Below are positions 50,740-64,000 of a stretch of 64,000 bases of DNA, in pieces (within the stretch, counting starts at the first letter, position 1; each line of letters opens with the position of its first letter). Source of the stretch: Eledone cirrhosa (lineage: Eukaryota); assembly GCA_964016885.1 (NCBI GenBank), contig OZ024742.1:95976001-96040000 (forward strand), in the 5' to 3' direction. Made by a program: the position numbers and the translations under genes. The notes under the pieces were generated by a model. That model did no database searches, was not told the DNA's origin, and saw nothing but the letters and a program-made list of their open reading frames with translations.

Positions 50740-52670
50740 ATGGCAAAGAAAAGAGAAAAATGGTTGAATGGACCTAGGAAGAGTATAATGAAGTAATATA
50801 CTTTTGTTCCTATGCATTAGGTAAGCCATCTCAGGCGAGACACATCACAAGCTCTTATAAAATATGGAGAATATGAATTCAAGATAGCAGATCTCATTCA
50901 GACAAAAACATATTAGCAAATATGAGGAGGGATATTCAGAAATAATACTCGTAGATATGGAGTTAACTGAAATCAGGAATGCAGTGGAAAATGACCTACA
51001 TATAATACAAGAATAAAATGAAGAATCAGATGAAGAAAATAGTCTACCACTTGTATTAATTGAAAGGTTGTCACCTGACCAAATCAGGTAAAGAATTGAA
51101 GAAGTAAGAAACTCTAATGAACCTTATTTAAAATAACCAGAAAAGTAGGATATAAACAGAATTTGAAGATTAAGTATTTGTTGAAGAACACAGGGAGTCT
51201 ATAATTGAAGTGAAGCAGCAAATTTTGAATGAGCTAGCAGTTGTAAGACTTACAAGTATGAATGAGAACCACTTCAAAAACTCTCAAATAACTATGCAAC
51301 ATACAAGAATTAGATCTTGAACTGACTGAGTTAAATGGAATTATTTATGCAACTGCTAGGGTAATTAAACAAGATCTATGCCTAAAAAAAAGCCAAACTT
51401 GAGAAGAAAGCCACAATGGAGAAGTAAAATTGAAAAAGGAATTGGTTAACGAAGAGGGTGGATCTATTAATATTAGATGAACTAATCTCTTGGAATAATG
51501 AAAGATCCAGAAATGTAAGAAAGTTGAAGAGAAAATACAGATTTTCATCAAGAGAAGAGCTGATATCAACAAAAGAAATACTGAAACAAAAGTTTCAAGC
51601 TAAAGCTCACAGAATACCAAGATTTGAGAAGAGAAACAATTTTTACGAGCAAAATGTTATAGGAGATTATGAGAGTTCTAAAATTTGAGCTAAATACATA
51701 TAACAAGGTATTAGCCATACATTTCTTAGCAGTTCAAGTTGTTAGTTATAGCTTCAATATTTTGAACTCAAATAGTGAAATAAAGAAAATTGACACACAA
51801 ATTCATAAGTTGCTGAATTGTAATAAGATGCATCACTCAAAGGACGATGTGGGTCATCTTTACCTTTCTCGAAATTAAGAAGGTCAAATCTTGACCCAGT
51901 TTGAACTTTTTAATAAAACCACCACAATTGTACTGGTCAAATATCTTCAAAATACGAACGACTGGATGCTGAAGCTCATAGAAAATCTTGAGAGGAGTAA
52001 GAAGCTTCATTTTATCTTGAAAGATAGAAAAATATTTGCTACAGATCTCATGACTGATATTCTGGCTGGGCAGACCAAGGTAACAGTGGCAACTGCTGTT
52101 GCATAGGAAATAAAATTAATGGCTAAGAAGAAAAGGGCATGAACAATTAGCATTGAGATGGGAGCAGAAACCTCTGCATGACAAGTATGTGACCTGTAGC
52201 AAACAAGCTGTTGTTAACCAGAAGTACATCTATCAGTTGATACCTGGCTCAGATCTAAAAGTAGAGAGTGAAGGCTTCATCTTAGATGCTCAAAATCAAA
52301 GCTTATTAACACAGAACTATCAAGCCAATGTGATGAGAAACGGAATAGATCCTAAGAGCTGATTCTGCAATGATGAGACTGAAACAGTGGACCACTAAAT
52401 CTCTGGATGCAAAGTTTTAGCAACAGTAGAGTACAGATCAAAGCATGACAGGGTTGGCAAATATCTACACTGGTTAATATGTTGTCATTATGAAATCAAA
52501 ACTGCTAACAAGTGGTATAAGCATCACCTTCCGGCTTTAATTGAAAGAAAAAATGTAATGATTTTTGGCACTTTCCTGTACATACAGAACCATTGAAGCT
52601 AATAGACTGGATATTATTGTGAAAGACCAAAATAACCAGGTCTGTTTACTGATTGATATAACCACTATTG
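50740..52670 (+). mobile_element. Decayed, internally deleted R4/Dong-clade element
   Basis: KEILKQKFQAKAHRIPRFEKR; NKVLAIHFLAVQVVSYSF..IKKIDTQIHKLL..MHHSKDDVGHLYLSR; WEQKPLH..LKVESEGFILDAQNQSL.T.NY; followed by decayed zinc-knuckle and endonuclease regions. Confidence 0.75.
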
Positions 52671-53350
52671 CAGTGAGAATGATAATCTTCTATGACTTTT
52701 TCTTTACATAACTTTATTAAATTATATTCCATAATTATGTAAGTTGTAAATAATTGAGGTCTCTTGATTGATTACCATTCTATTGTAAATATAATTTTAA
52801 ACAGATAATGTGCACATGTATAATGCAAATGATATATTTGTAACCGTGAAAAGTGCATGATGTGAACAATCTAGTGTATTTTCTTTTCTATGCCCTAGGT
52901 GTCTGGAAGACACTCAGTAAGAAATGGAAACAAAATTGAAGGAAAAGGAAAAACACAATGGTAGAGAGTTTTGGGCTCAATACTGCTAAAACAGAGAGTA
53001 CATTTTAAAGCAAATATAACCTGAAACATAAATTGCTTTCCTACAGAAATTGCTGTTTTGTGTTCTGCCCATATACTCAGGAAAGTACTTTCTATCAAAG
53101 GTATTAACTGACAGGATGTAACATCCTTGATAGAAATTATCAAACTGGAACAAAATACTTTCAGTATAACATATTTATAAGAAAAGTAGTTCCCTATTTA
53201 TATAATATCATCATCATTATAATCATCAACATTATTTTCATTATCATCATGTAACCTCTATTTTCCATGCTGGCATATGTTTGATGAGGAGAGTGGGGGG
53301 TGGGGTGAGGTTACAAAGGTGGACAAATGGGATGGGCCTCTGTATCATAT

Positions 53351-53659
53351 ATCATCATCATCATCATCATCATCGTTTAACGTCCATATTCCACGCTTGC
53401 ATGGGTTTGGACGGGAATTTTCCCACTTGAGGCAAGAGTGGTTGTCTTGCTCGCATAGGACTGTCTGGCGGGTTTTCTACAGCTGGATGCCCTTCCTAAC
53501 ACCAACCGCATTTACAGTGTGGGACTGAGAGGTTTTTACCGTGTTACCTACACGGCCACATTACTGCGTGGACTGTGTTTTTTTTTTTTGTCGTGACACC
53601 TACACGACCTCATTTGTTTCGGCCTGGATGTTGTGGCACCAACATAACTTTACATTGAT
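53351..53659 (-). mobile_element. Young RTE 3' UTR fragment
   Basis: Closely matches the reverse complement of 47010-47311; flanked by TA-rich sequence. Confidence 0.9.
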
Positions 53660-53734
53660 ATATATACATACATAACTTTACATTGATATATATACATATA
53701 TAATGTATATATACATATATAATGTATATATAAT

Positions 53735-53916
53735 TGTTTCTACTTTAGGCACAAGGCCAGCAATTACCCAGTGCATTACTGGTACTTTATTTTATCGACC
53801 CCGTAAGGATGAAAAGCAAAGTCAACCTCGGCGGGATTTGAACTCAGATCGTAAAGGGACGTAACTATGCTGGAAAGCATGGCGTCCGACCCTCTACCGA
53901 TACTGCCAATCCACCA
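53735..53916 (-). mobile_element. SINE family A, very young full-length copy
   Basis: 16-bp TSD ATAATGTATATATAAT (53719-53734 / 53917-53932). About two differences from the 1256-1440 copy by eye. Confidence 0.92.
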
Positions 53917-54354
53917 ATAATGTATATATAATGTTTATATATATATACATTATTTTGTTTTATTTTGAGTAACATAATTTAATATAATTTTGTTTTTATT
54001 TTTGACTCAGTGAGCATGTATATTTGTTGTTGTTTTTGATATATTGATATTACAATAACTAAGGTTCACTATATACAGTTCCCGTTATTTATATTTGTAA
54101 ACAAACCGATACCTACATATAAAATCAACGTATATAAATCTTCGCAATTCTATATCTTTAACTTATTGGGTTTCATTAATTTAATTTATTTTAAATTTAT
54201 TTTATTTTATTTTATTTTAATTTATTCTGTCTCCTTTTATATTTCATGTTGATATCATTTGTTTTTCACTTTGTTTTGGTGTTTTAATCGCGAAATATTC
54301 TTTGAACGATATTAATTATTAATATTTATAGTTGTCTTTGACCGGTCCACATTG

Positions 54355-54810
54355 ATTTTTTCCCCCTCTATATCACTCTCTCTCTGCATTGCTATTATTC
54401 ACGCTTTCTCTGTTGCTCTCCTTCTTTCTTTCTCTCTCTCTGGATTGCTATTTCTCACGCTATTTCTGTCTCTCTCTCTTCTGTCTCTCTGCTACCTCTC
54501 TTCTTTCTTTCTCTCTCTCTCTAAATCACACCTTGAATTTCTCACCGGACTTATCTATCTCCCCCTCTCTCTCTCTCTCTCTAACCTTTCCCCCCACTCT
54601 TCCCACTATCTCTCTCGTTCCTCTCTTCTGTCTCTCTCCCTTTTCTTTTTTCCTTTTTTCTTTCTCTCTCTCTCTCTAGATCCCATAAGCTCACTCTCTC
54701 TCTTTCCCTCTAAATCGCTCCTTAAATTTCTCACTGGACTTATATCTCTCTCTGTCCCTCTTTAACCTTTCCTCTACCCTTCCCGCTATCTCTCTTTCTC
54801 CCCTCCACAG
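54355..54810 (+). repeat. CT-rich tract with an internal duplicated unit of about 190 bp, ending in a CAG acceptor-like site
   Basis: CTAAATC.C.CCTT.AATTTCTCAC.GGACTTAT at about 54521 and 54710; ends CTCTTTCTCCCCTCCACAG. Confidence 0.75.
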
Positions 54811-54814
54811 CGAA

Positions 54815-55710
54815 ATGGACTGCATACAGTGAAAAGGTGAAATTAAGAGTCAGCAAAACTGATCAAAGATGGAACTAACGGTTTTGATCAAGGGGTGGAG
54901 GCTGGCTGATGAGTCACCACCAAGCAAAAACATTGCGGAGACCCTGAAGAACCATGGGTTTCTGAAGACTCTGGCGCAGATAGAAAGAAAAAGAAAATAA
55001 TTTGAGAAGGCCTATGTCCTCATAGCGGCCCATATGGCGATGCTAAGCCGTCTCCTCAAGGAGGAGAAAAATGAAGAGAAAGGAGAAGAAAAAGAAATGG
55101 AAGAAAGCACAAGCACGGACCTGAAAGAAAATGAGATACCCGTCGCCACAGTCAGAGGGGCAGGCCGGGCAACAAACAAGCAAACGGTAAAGGGGAGAAG
55201 CGAAATTACCTTCCGAAGAGGGACCAGTGGACAACTGTCCAAAGGAAGAACAGAAAGCACTGAGACACTGGGAGCAAGAAAACCCAGGTAATGTGCAAGT
55301 TCTTCAGGAACGGGACCTGCTGGCATGGGGAGACAGGGATAGGCTGCAGATTCGCTCACCCCAGCCCCCAAGCAAACTATGCCCATCCTACTCACACAAC
55401 ATGCCCCAGCCAAAGCAAGCCGCTCCAGAAGTATGCCGATGTTGCGCGTGCCACACCAACAAGGAGAAGGCACGCACATGCCGACGAGATACAGATGGCA
55501 GCAACAGAGCAAAATAATTTTTTAGTGATGGCAGAGAAGATTGTGGGACAGCTGACCTGGCTGCATCCTTTTCAGAGCGAGGGTCACCCAAACCAGCACT
55601 CGAGACCACCACAATTAAGGGACCCAGATTGGCCACCGCTGACACCAGCTCAGGTGTCATACCGACAGCCATTACTGGCACCCCAAAAGTCACACCAGTG
55701 CTGCTGTTGA
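54815..55710 (+). pseudogene. LINE ORF1 with CCCH zinc finger (stops and frameshift)
   Basis: ATGs at 54815, 54869 and 55034 share one frame. Frameshift near 55290 into CKFFRNGTCWHGETGIGCRFAHP (C-x7-C-x8-C-x3-H). Confidence 0.65.
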
Positions 55711-58598
55711 ATATCAGAGGGCTGGTGAAACTCACTAACATGAGTAAAATTTCATACCTGAGAGACTTAGCCATAAGCAATCAAACATTATGCATGGCAC
55801 TAACCGAAACACATCTGCCAAACAGTATAGCAGATGCAGAAATACATATACCAAAATATACTGTATTTCGTTTGGACAGGAAGGAGAGAACTCGTGGTGG
55901 GGTTGCTCTGTATATCCGCAAAGATTTCACACCAATTGTACTGTTGGCACATTCAAACTCAGTCTGTCACACACTGATAGTACATATGAAGCAACTAAAA
56001 ACAGTAATATGTGTCACATATCGGCCGCCCGATGCCCCCAGTCATGAGGGTAAATTTGAGGATAGCCTCAGTAGGATAGAAGAGGTCCTTAACAAACAGG
56101 ACCAGGGTCTCATCATTCTACTGCTAGGAGACTTCAACCTGCCAAAGGTCAAATGGCCTGAGGGCCACCTCCTCCCTGGAATGACGTCAATAGAACAGAG
56201 AAAGACAGAGTCCCTGCTGGCCCTCACACACAGGCTGTTCATGGAGCAAGCAGTACTCCTCCTAACAAGAGGCGAAAATGTCCTGGACCTCTGTTTTACA
56301 AACAATGAAGTAGAACTAATGATATGTGGTCTGAGAGAACCAACAGAGACACACCTACCAAGAAGCATCGGGACGTTATACAGCCTTAACTTCTACAGGG
56401 CTGACTGGAAAAAGATCAAGAGAGAAATCCGGAAGCAAATATGGAGCGAAAACACCACCACACAAGAGACCAACACGCAATTTCAACACTTCATGACAAC
56501 GATACACACTATATGCAAAAAGTTTGTCCTGCAGAAAAAGGCAAACAGACACAAAAATCTTATTCAAAGAGTTAGGAAAATCCTTATGAGACGAAGAACC
56601 AAGCTCTCAAACCAGTTGAATGCACAACAAGAAAACAAAAACAAGAAGGAATCCTATTTGAAACGTGCACTACTTGACACCGAGATTGCACTCAAACTTT
56701 CCCATGAATATGAGAAGGCAAAGAAAGAAATAAGGGCCATAGAAAATATTAAAACAAACCCTAAGGCCTACTTTAAATTTGCAAAAGAAACTGCCTCGGT
56801 ACACTGCAAGATTGGGCCACTCATCCATACAGATGGGTCATTAACCGAGAGTCCCTAAGAAATAAGTGAAATACTGAATGAACAATACAAAAGTGTGTTC
56901 ACATGTCCACTGAGGCACATGCAAATAACAAGGCCAGAAGAGTTCTTTGATGCCACAACACTACATGTAGAAATGGTGACCATCAACCACATAGACATAA
57001 CGGAGGAGGATGTGGTATACACCATAAACGAAATTAGAACGGACTCAGCTGCTGGACCTGATGGATTCCCAGCAGTCCTCTTAAAAACATGTAAGCGGGC
57101 CTTAGCAACTCCACTGAAGACTCTCTTCAGAAGGTCCTTGGCTAGCGGTATACTACCCAGGGAGCTGAAAGAAGGCACAATATACCCTATCCATAAAGGA
57201 GGTAGAAGAGCGGAGGCCAAAAACTATAGGCCAATCTCCCTATTGACACATATCAGTAAAGTCATGGAGCGAGTCATCAGAAAGAAACTGATCACTTTCC
57301 TCGAGGAAAATGACTGCCTGACTAGCACGCAGCATGGCTTTCGCCCAGGAAGAAGCTGCGTTACACAGCTGCTACATCACTATTAGTGGGTACTGAAACA
57401 ACTGCTAGACAGCTCACATGTGGACGTGATATATCTTGACTTTGTGAAGGCCTCTGAAAAGGTCGACCACGGAATGATATGTCACAAACTACATGGACTC
57501 GGCATAACTGGAAAAGTAGGTGAGTGGCTGCATGACTTCTTAAAGGACAGAAGCCAGACAGTCGCAGCAAAGGGGGCCCACTCAAAGGAAACATCAATAA
57601 CAAGTGGGGTGCACAAAGGCACAGTCCTGGGACCACAACTGTTTTTGGTGGCTCTCTCAGACATGCCCTCTGTAGTACATACAACAACATCCCTCACTAG
57701 GTATGCTGATGACACTAAGGTAGCACAGGCAATCAAAAACCCAGCTGACGCTGCCCTTTTACAAAAAGATCTGGATGCCATATACAAATGGGTGGGAGAA
57801 AACAACATGCAGTTTAATGCTGGCAAATTCCAAACCCTACAATACAAACCTGCAAACACAAATACACTACAACACAATTACGCAGGACCAGGAGGGACCA
57901 ATATCCCCGTGTCAAAATCGATACGAGACCTCGGTATAGACATGAGCGATGATGCATCTTTTTCTTCACACATCATGAAAGTGGCAACAATGTGCAGACG
58001 ATTCACTGGCTGGATCTTGAGGACTTTCCGGACAAGAGACCAAGGCACCATGTTGACACTATGGAGCCGCCTGGACTATTGCTCCCAGTTGTGGTCACAC
58101 CATAGTGTCAGACTAACCACGGAGCTTGAGGCAATCCAGCGAAGCTACACCAAGAGGATTGCCACGATGAAGGAGATTAGCCACTGGGAGAGGCTAAAAG
58201 AACTGAACTTCTAATCCTTGGAATGAAGACAGGAGAGATACGCAGTGATCTACATGTGGAAAATCCTGGAGCGACTAGCACCAAACTTTGGCATTGGGAG
58301 CTGGACCAACTGTCGAACAGGACGCCACTGTGTGGTGCCAAAGGTCCAGTCTTCCACATCTAGAATAAGGAGCAGATATTGCAATAGCCTGGGGTTCAAG
58401 GGCCCTCAAATCTTCAACAAGCTGCCGAGGGATCTGAGAGATCTGCATGGTGTGGATGTGGATGCCTTCAAGAAACATCTCGACACCTTGCTATCCAGGA
58501 TCCCGGATGAGCCCACAGCAAGGCATGAGGGAAACCTAAGGGCAGCAGCAATAAACTCCCACTTGCACCAATGGCCAACCAATACAGGCTGGAGATAA
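55629..58598 (+). pseudogene. LINE ORF2: APE endonuclease + reverse transcriptase, four in-frame stops
   Basis: LLNIRGL, ALTETHL, RGGVALY, YRPPD, LGDFNLP, LDLCFTN; AAGPDG, IHKGG..KNYRPISL, QHGFRPGRSC, YADDTK, SRLDYCSQLW. All four ORF pieces share one frame; stops at 56856, 57384, 58212 and about 58223. Confidence 0.92.
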
Positions 58599-58678
58599 AA
58601 GGTGTAGCAACAAGGGCAGTGCCCTAGCATTGCCTCAGCCGGATGACTGGAACAGGTAAAAGAGTACATATATATATA

Positions 58679-59021
58679 TAATTGTTTCTACTTTAGGCAC
58701 AAGGCCAGCAATGACTCAGTGTATTACTGGTACTTTATTTTATCGACCCCGTAAGGATGAAAGGCAAAGTCAACTTCGGCACTATTTGAACTCAGAATGG
58801 CAAGGATTATATATATATAATGTTTATATATATATATAATTGTTTCTACTTTTGGTACAAGGCCAGCAATAACCCAGTTCATTACTAGTACTTTATTTTA
58901 TCGACCCCGCAAGGATGAAAGGCAAAGTTAACCTCTGCGGGATTTGAACTCAGAATGGTAAGGACCGTAACTGTATGCGTTAAAGCATGGCGTCCGACCC
59001 TCTACTGATACTGCCAATCCA
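58679..59021 (-). mobile_element. Two tandem SINE family A copies (58679-58805 truncated; 58838-59021 full) among (TA)n
   Basis: Homology to 1256-1440. Confidence 0.9.
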
Positions 59022-59022
59022 A

Positions 59023-59136
<114 letters not shown>

Positions 59137-59465
59137 TAATTTAATATATCAACTAACATAAGCGCACAGATGCACGTCCATGCCAGCAAATACACAGGTT
59201 ATGTCATAGTACCTAGGTGGTTCAATGCAGGAGGATGCAGAACAATAATATAAAAGACGTAAAATAAGAAAATATTTTTTAAAAAATTTTTTAAAAAAAT
59301 TTTTTACTTACTTACTTAAATTTTCACTCCAACTAATTAGTTTCTGCAATGGGATAAAGACAGTTACGTAATCCAACTGTCGAGAATTCATATATATATA
59401 AACCTTGCAAGCAGGGAAAAAGCAGACGTAAAACGAAATGATGATGAATGATGAATGGAGAGGTG

Positions 59466-60538
59466 GTTTTCAGGTCTTTACGAAGGTCCGACTCCCACAC
59501 CGATCTCAAACTGTGGCACGCCGCCCAGGCTTTGCTGTTCCTCTCAACCACATCATCTTCCATATTCCCAATCATTGCTCCCACATACAGGAAGTCCTCA
59601 ACCAATTCTAGCGGCTTCCAGCCTACATTAGTGATCCCCTCTGGCTTCTCAACATTCTCTACCAGATATTTTGTTTTAGTCTCATTCATTCTCAGCCCCA
59701 CACTGATCGCGACAGTCTCAACCTCCTGCATCAAATCCTCTGCTTCCTTCACTGTATTTGTCACCAAAACTATGTCATCGGCAAATTCAGCATCTGATAC
59801 CTTTTTCGCCTTAACTCTCCTGCTCTGTTGTAGAGCCTTAACTCTCCTGTTGGTGTAGAGCAGTGATATCAGGTCCACTATCTTCTTGGGCATTCCATAA
59901 GCCTGTAAGATCTTCATCAGGCAATGACGGTCCACAGAATCAAAGGGCTTCATAAATTCAATGAAAACGATGACCGCAGGAAGGCACTTTGGTCTAGCTC
60001 CCTCTAATATCCTCCTCAGCATCAGGATGTGACTGGTGGTTGATCTTCCCTCTCTGAAGCCGTTCTGGTTGTCCTTGAGCTTCTTCTCCATCTCAGCTGG
60101 ATCCTGTTAAGAATCCTCCTTTTGAGGGTCTTTGCTACAAGTGATGTCAGTGATATCCCCCTGTAGTTGTTGGTGTTAGAGAGATCTCCCTTCTTTGGCA
60201 CTGGGATGATATTACTGATCCTCCACTGATTCGGGGCAACTCCTTTCTCCAGTGCCTGGTTACAGAACCCCAGGATGATATCATCAAAACCATACCTCTT
60301 CATCACCTCTGATGCCACTCCATCTTCTACATGAGCCTTGCCCTCCTTGATCTTATTCTTGGCTCTCTGAAGCTCCTCTCTGGTGAAGGGCTTTGTCTCA
60401 ATATCCAGTTCCTCAAACAGCCACCTGATCTTCCCAGTGCTCTCCTAGTAGTGTCCTAAAATGGTCTAGCCATTTCCTCTTCCTATCCTCTGGCCCCGTT
60501 CCCTCGATCTGACATGAACACCTTCTCCTCCTCCCTGT
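59466..60538 (-). mobile_element. RTE-clade LINE (second lineage, no PHD): inverted 5' segment
   Basis: IIPVPKKGDLSNTNNYRGISLTS; NQNGFREGRST; EFADDIVL; GLRMNETKTK; AWAACHSLRSVWESDLRKDLK. Confidence 0.88.
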
Positions 60539-60539
60539 G

Positions 60540-60980
60540 ATCTCTTCATTGCTGTAGTGGAGTCTGTGCTGCTGTACGGGTCTGAGACTTGGACACTGAC
60601 CAAGAAACTCACTCAGATAGTGGATGGGTGCTACACGAGAATGCTGAGGATGGCTCTGAACATTAATCAGTATACACTGAGGATGAAAAACTCAGACCTG
60701 TATGGGAGCCTCCCAAAAGTCAGCTGAAAAGTGACACAGAGGAGACTGAGGTTAGCTGGACATGCTCACCAACATCCAGAGTTGACATAGCATTCAGTGT
60801 TCCTGTGGGAGCCCCTACATGGACACACTGGAAGAGGAAGACCAAGGGTAACGTATGCTGAGGCCCTAAGGACAGACACTGGTCTGTTGGAGACGCAGGA
60901 CATGGCAGCGATAATGAGGGACAGAGACTGCTGGAGAGAAGTCGTCCATGGATCTCGGGAATTTTACCCACCCTAGATAG
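60540..60980 (+). mobile_element. Same RTE element: non-inverted 3' segment
   Basis: LFIAVVESVLLYGSETWTLTKKL..DGCYTRMLRMALNI...RRLRLAGH...LWEP.HG..GRGRP; ends next to (TAGA)/(TA)n. Confidence 0.88.
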
Positions 60981-61689
60981 ATATATATATAAAATGTTTA
61001 TATATATATATATATATAATGTTTATATATATATATATATATAGTATATATGAATATAATTTGCTGCAAATAAAACAAAAACCTCAAAAACAGATTGTAA
61101 TGCAGAACATAAACATTTTGCCGAATAAAGATATCTGACGTCTTAGGATAATTTCTTTTAGCATCGGTGTTCTTCCCTTCAAAACTTCTTAGATTGTAGG
61201 TACTTTACATATATGTGTGTGTGTGTGTTTCTGCTTGTCATCAACCTCAGGAGAGCTGTGTTGGTGGAAAAGATTGAAAGCAGAATATAAATAATATCGA
61301 GGAAAGAAAGGAAAGAAGGTAAAAGTTGTGAAAGGTGGTGGCGGTGATGTGAGAGAATTGTGGGAATTATCACAGGTAGTGGTGGGGGAAAACATTGTAA
61401 CAGTATTTTTCATTGATACAGTCTAAGTAAGGTTTGAATTTCATTATTGATAAAGCCTTTGATGTTGAACAGACATGGATATGGAAGGCTAATAAAATTG
61501 ATTCACACCAATTCTTTCTATATTAATATGGGTAAATATATAGAATCAACATACAAGTGTATATATGTGTATATATACATAGACATGTATGTATGTGTGT
61601 GGAGAGAGAGAGGAGAGAGAGAGCAAAAAATGTACATGCCTACATATCCATATATATGTCTCTATGCAAGTGATTTTAGTTATGTGTGT

Positions 61690-64000
<2,311 letters not shown>

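Larger units (their letters stand above)
54811..58668 (+). mobile_element. Near full-length CR1-group LINE, inactivated
   Basis: ORF1 overlapping ORF2 (APE + RT), markedly GC-richer than the flanks, 3' end abutting (TA)n. Confidence 0.9.

Overview
AT-rich eukaryotic non-coding DNA packed with transposable elements and microsatellites. The repeat repertoire (tRNA-derived SINEs, RTE LINEs with (GAT)n tails, very long (TA)n tracts) looks like a coleoid cephalopod/Octopus genome; that assignment is an inference. No host gene, rRNA, tRNA or CRISPR array can be supported. Main contents: (1) a near full-length but nonsense-mutated CR1-group LINE at ~54.8-58.7 kb, with a CCCH zinc finger in ORF1 and APE + RT in ORF2; (2) a young RTE LINE family with a C4HC3 PHD-type finger inserted inside the RT domain (open frame at 45.6-46.9 kb, copies at 16.4-17.7 and 36-38 kb, many 3' tails beside (TA)n); (3) a second RTE lineage with a twin-priming-type 5' inversion at 59.5-61.0 kb; (4) R4/Dong-type, Tx1/L1-type, CR1 and Penelope remnants, some with decayed hammerhead-like motifs; (5) a young SINE family with TSDs, TTAA/piggyBac-like and hAT-like MITEs, a non-autonomous Helitron family and a solo LTR; (6) an unexplained 122-bp degenerate tandem array at 10.2-12.8 kb, several fold-back hairpins and two three-level nested insertions. 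Boundaries of old, decayed elements are approximate, and family names come from motif recognition by eye, not database searches.
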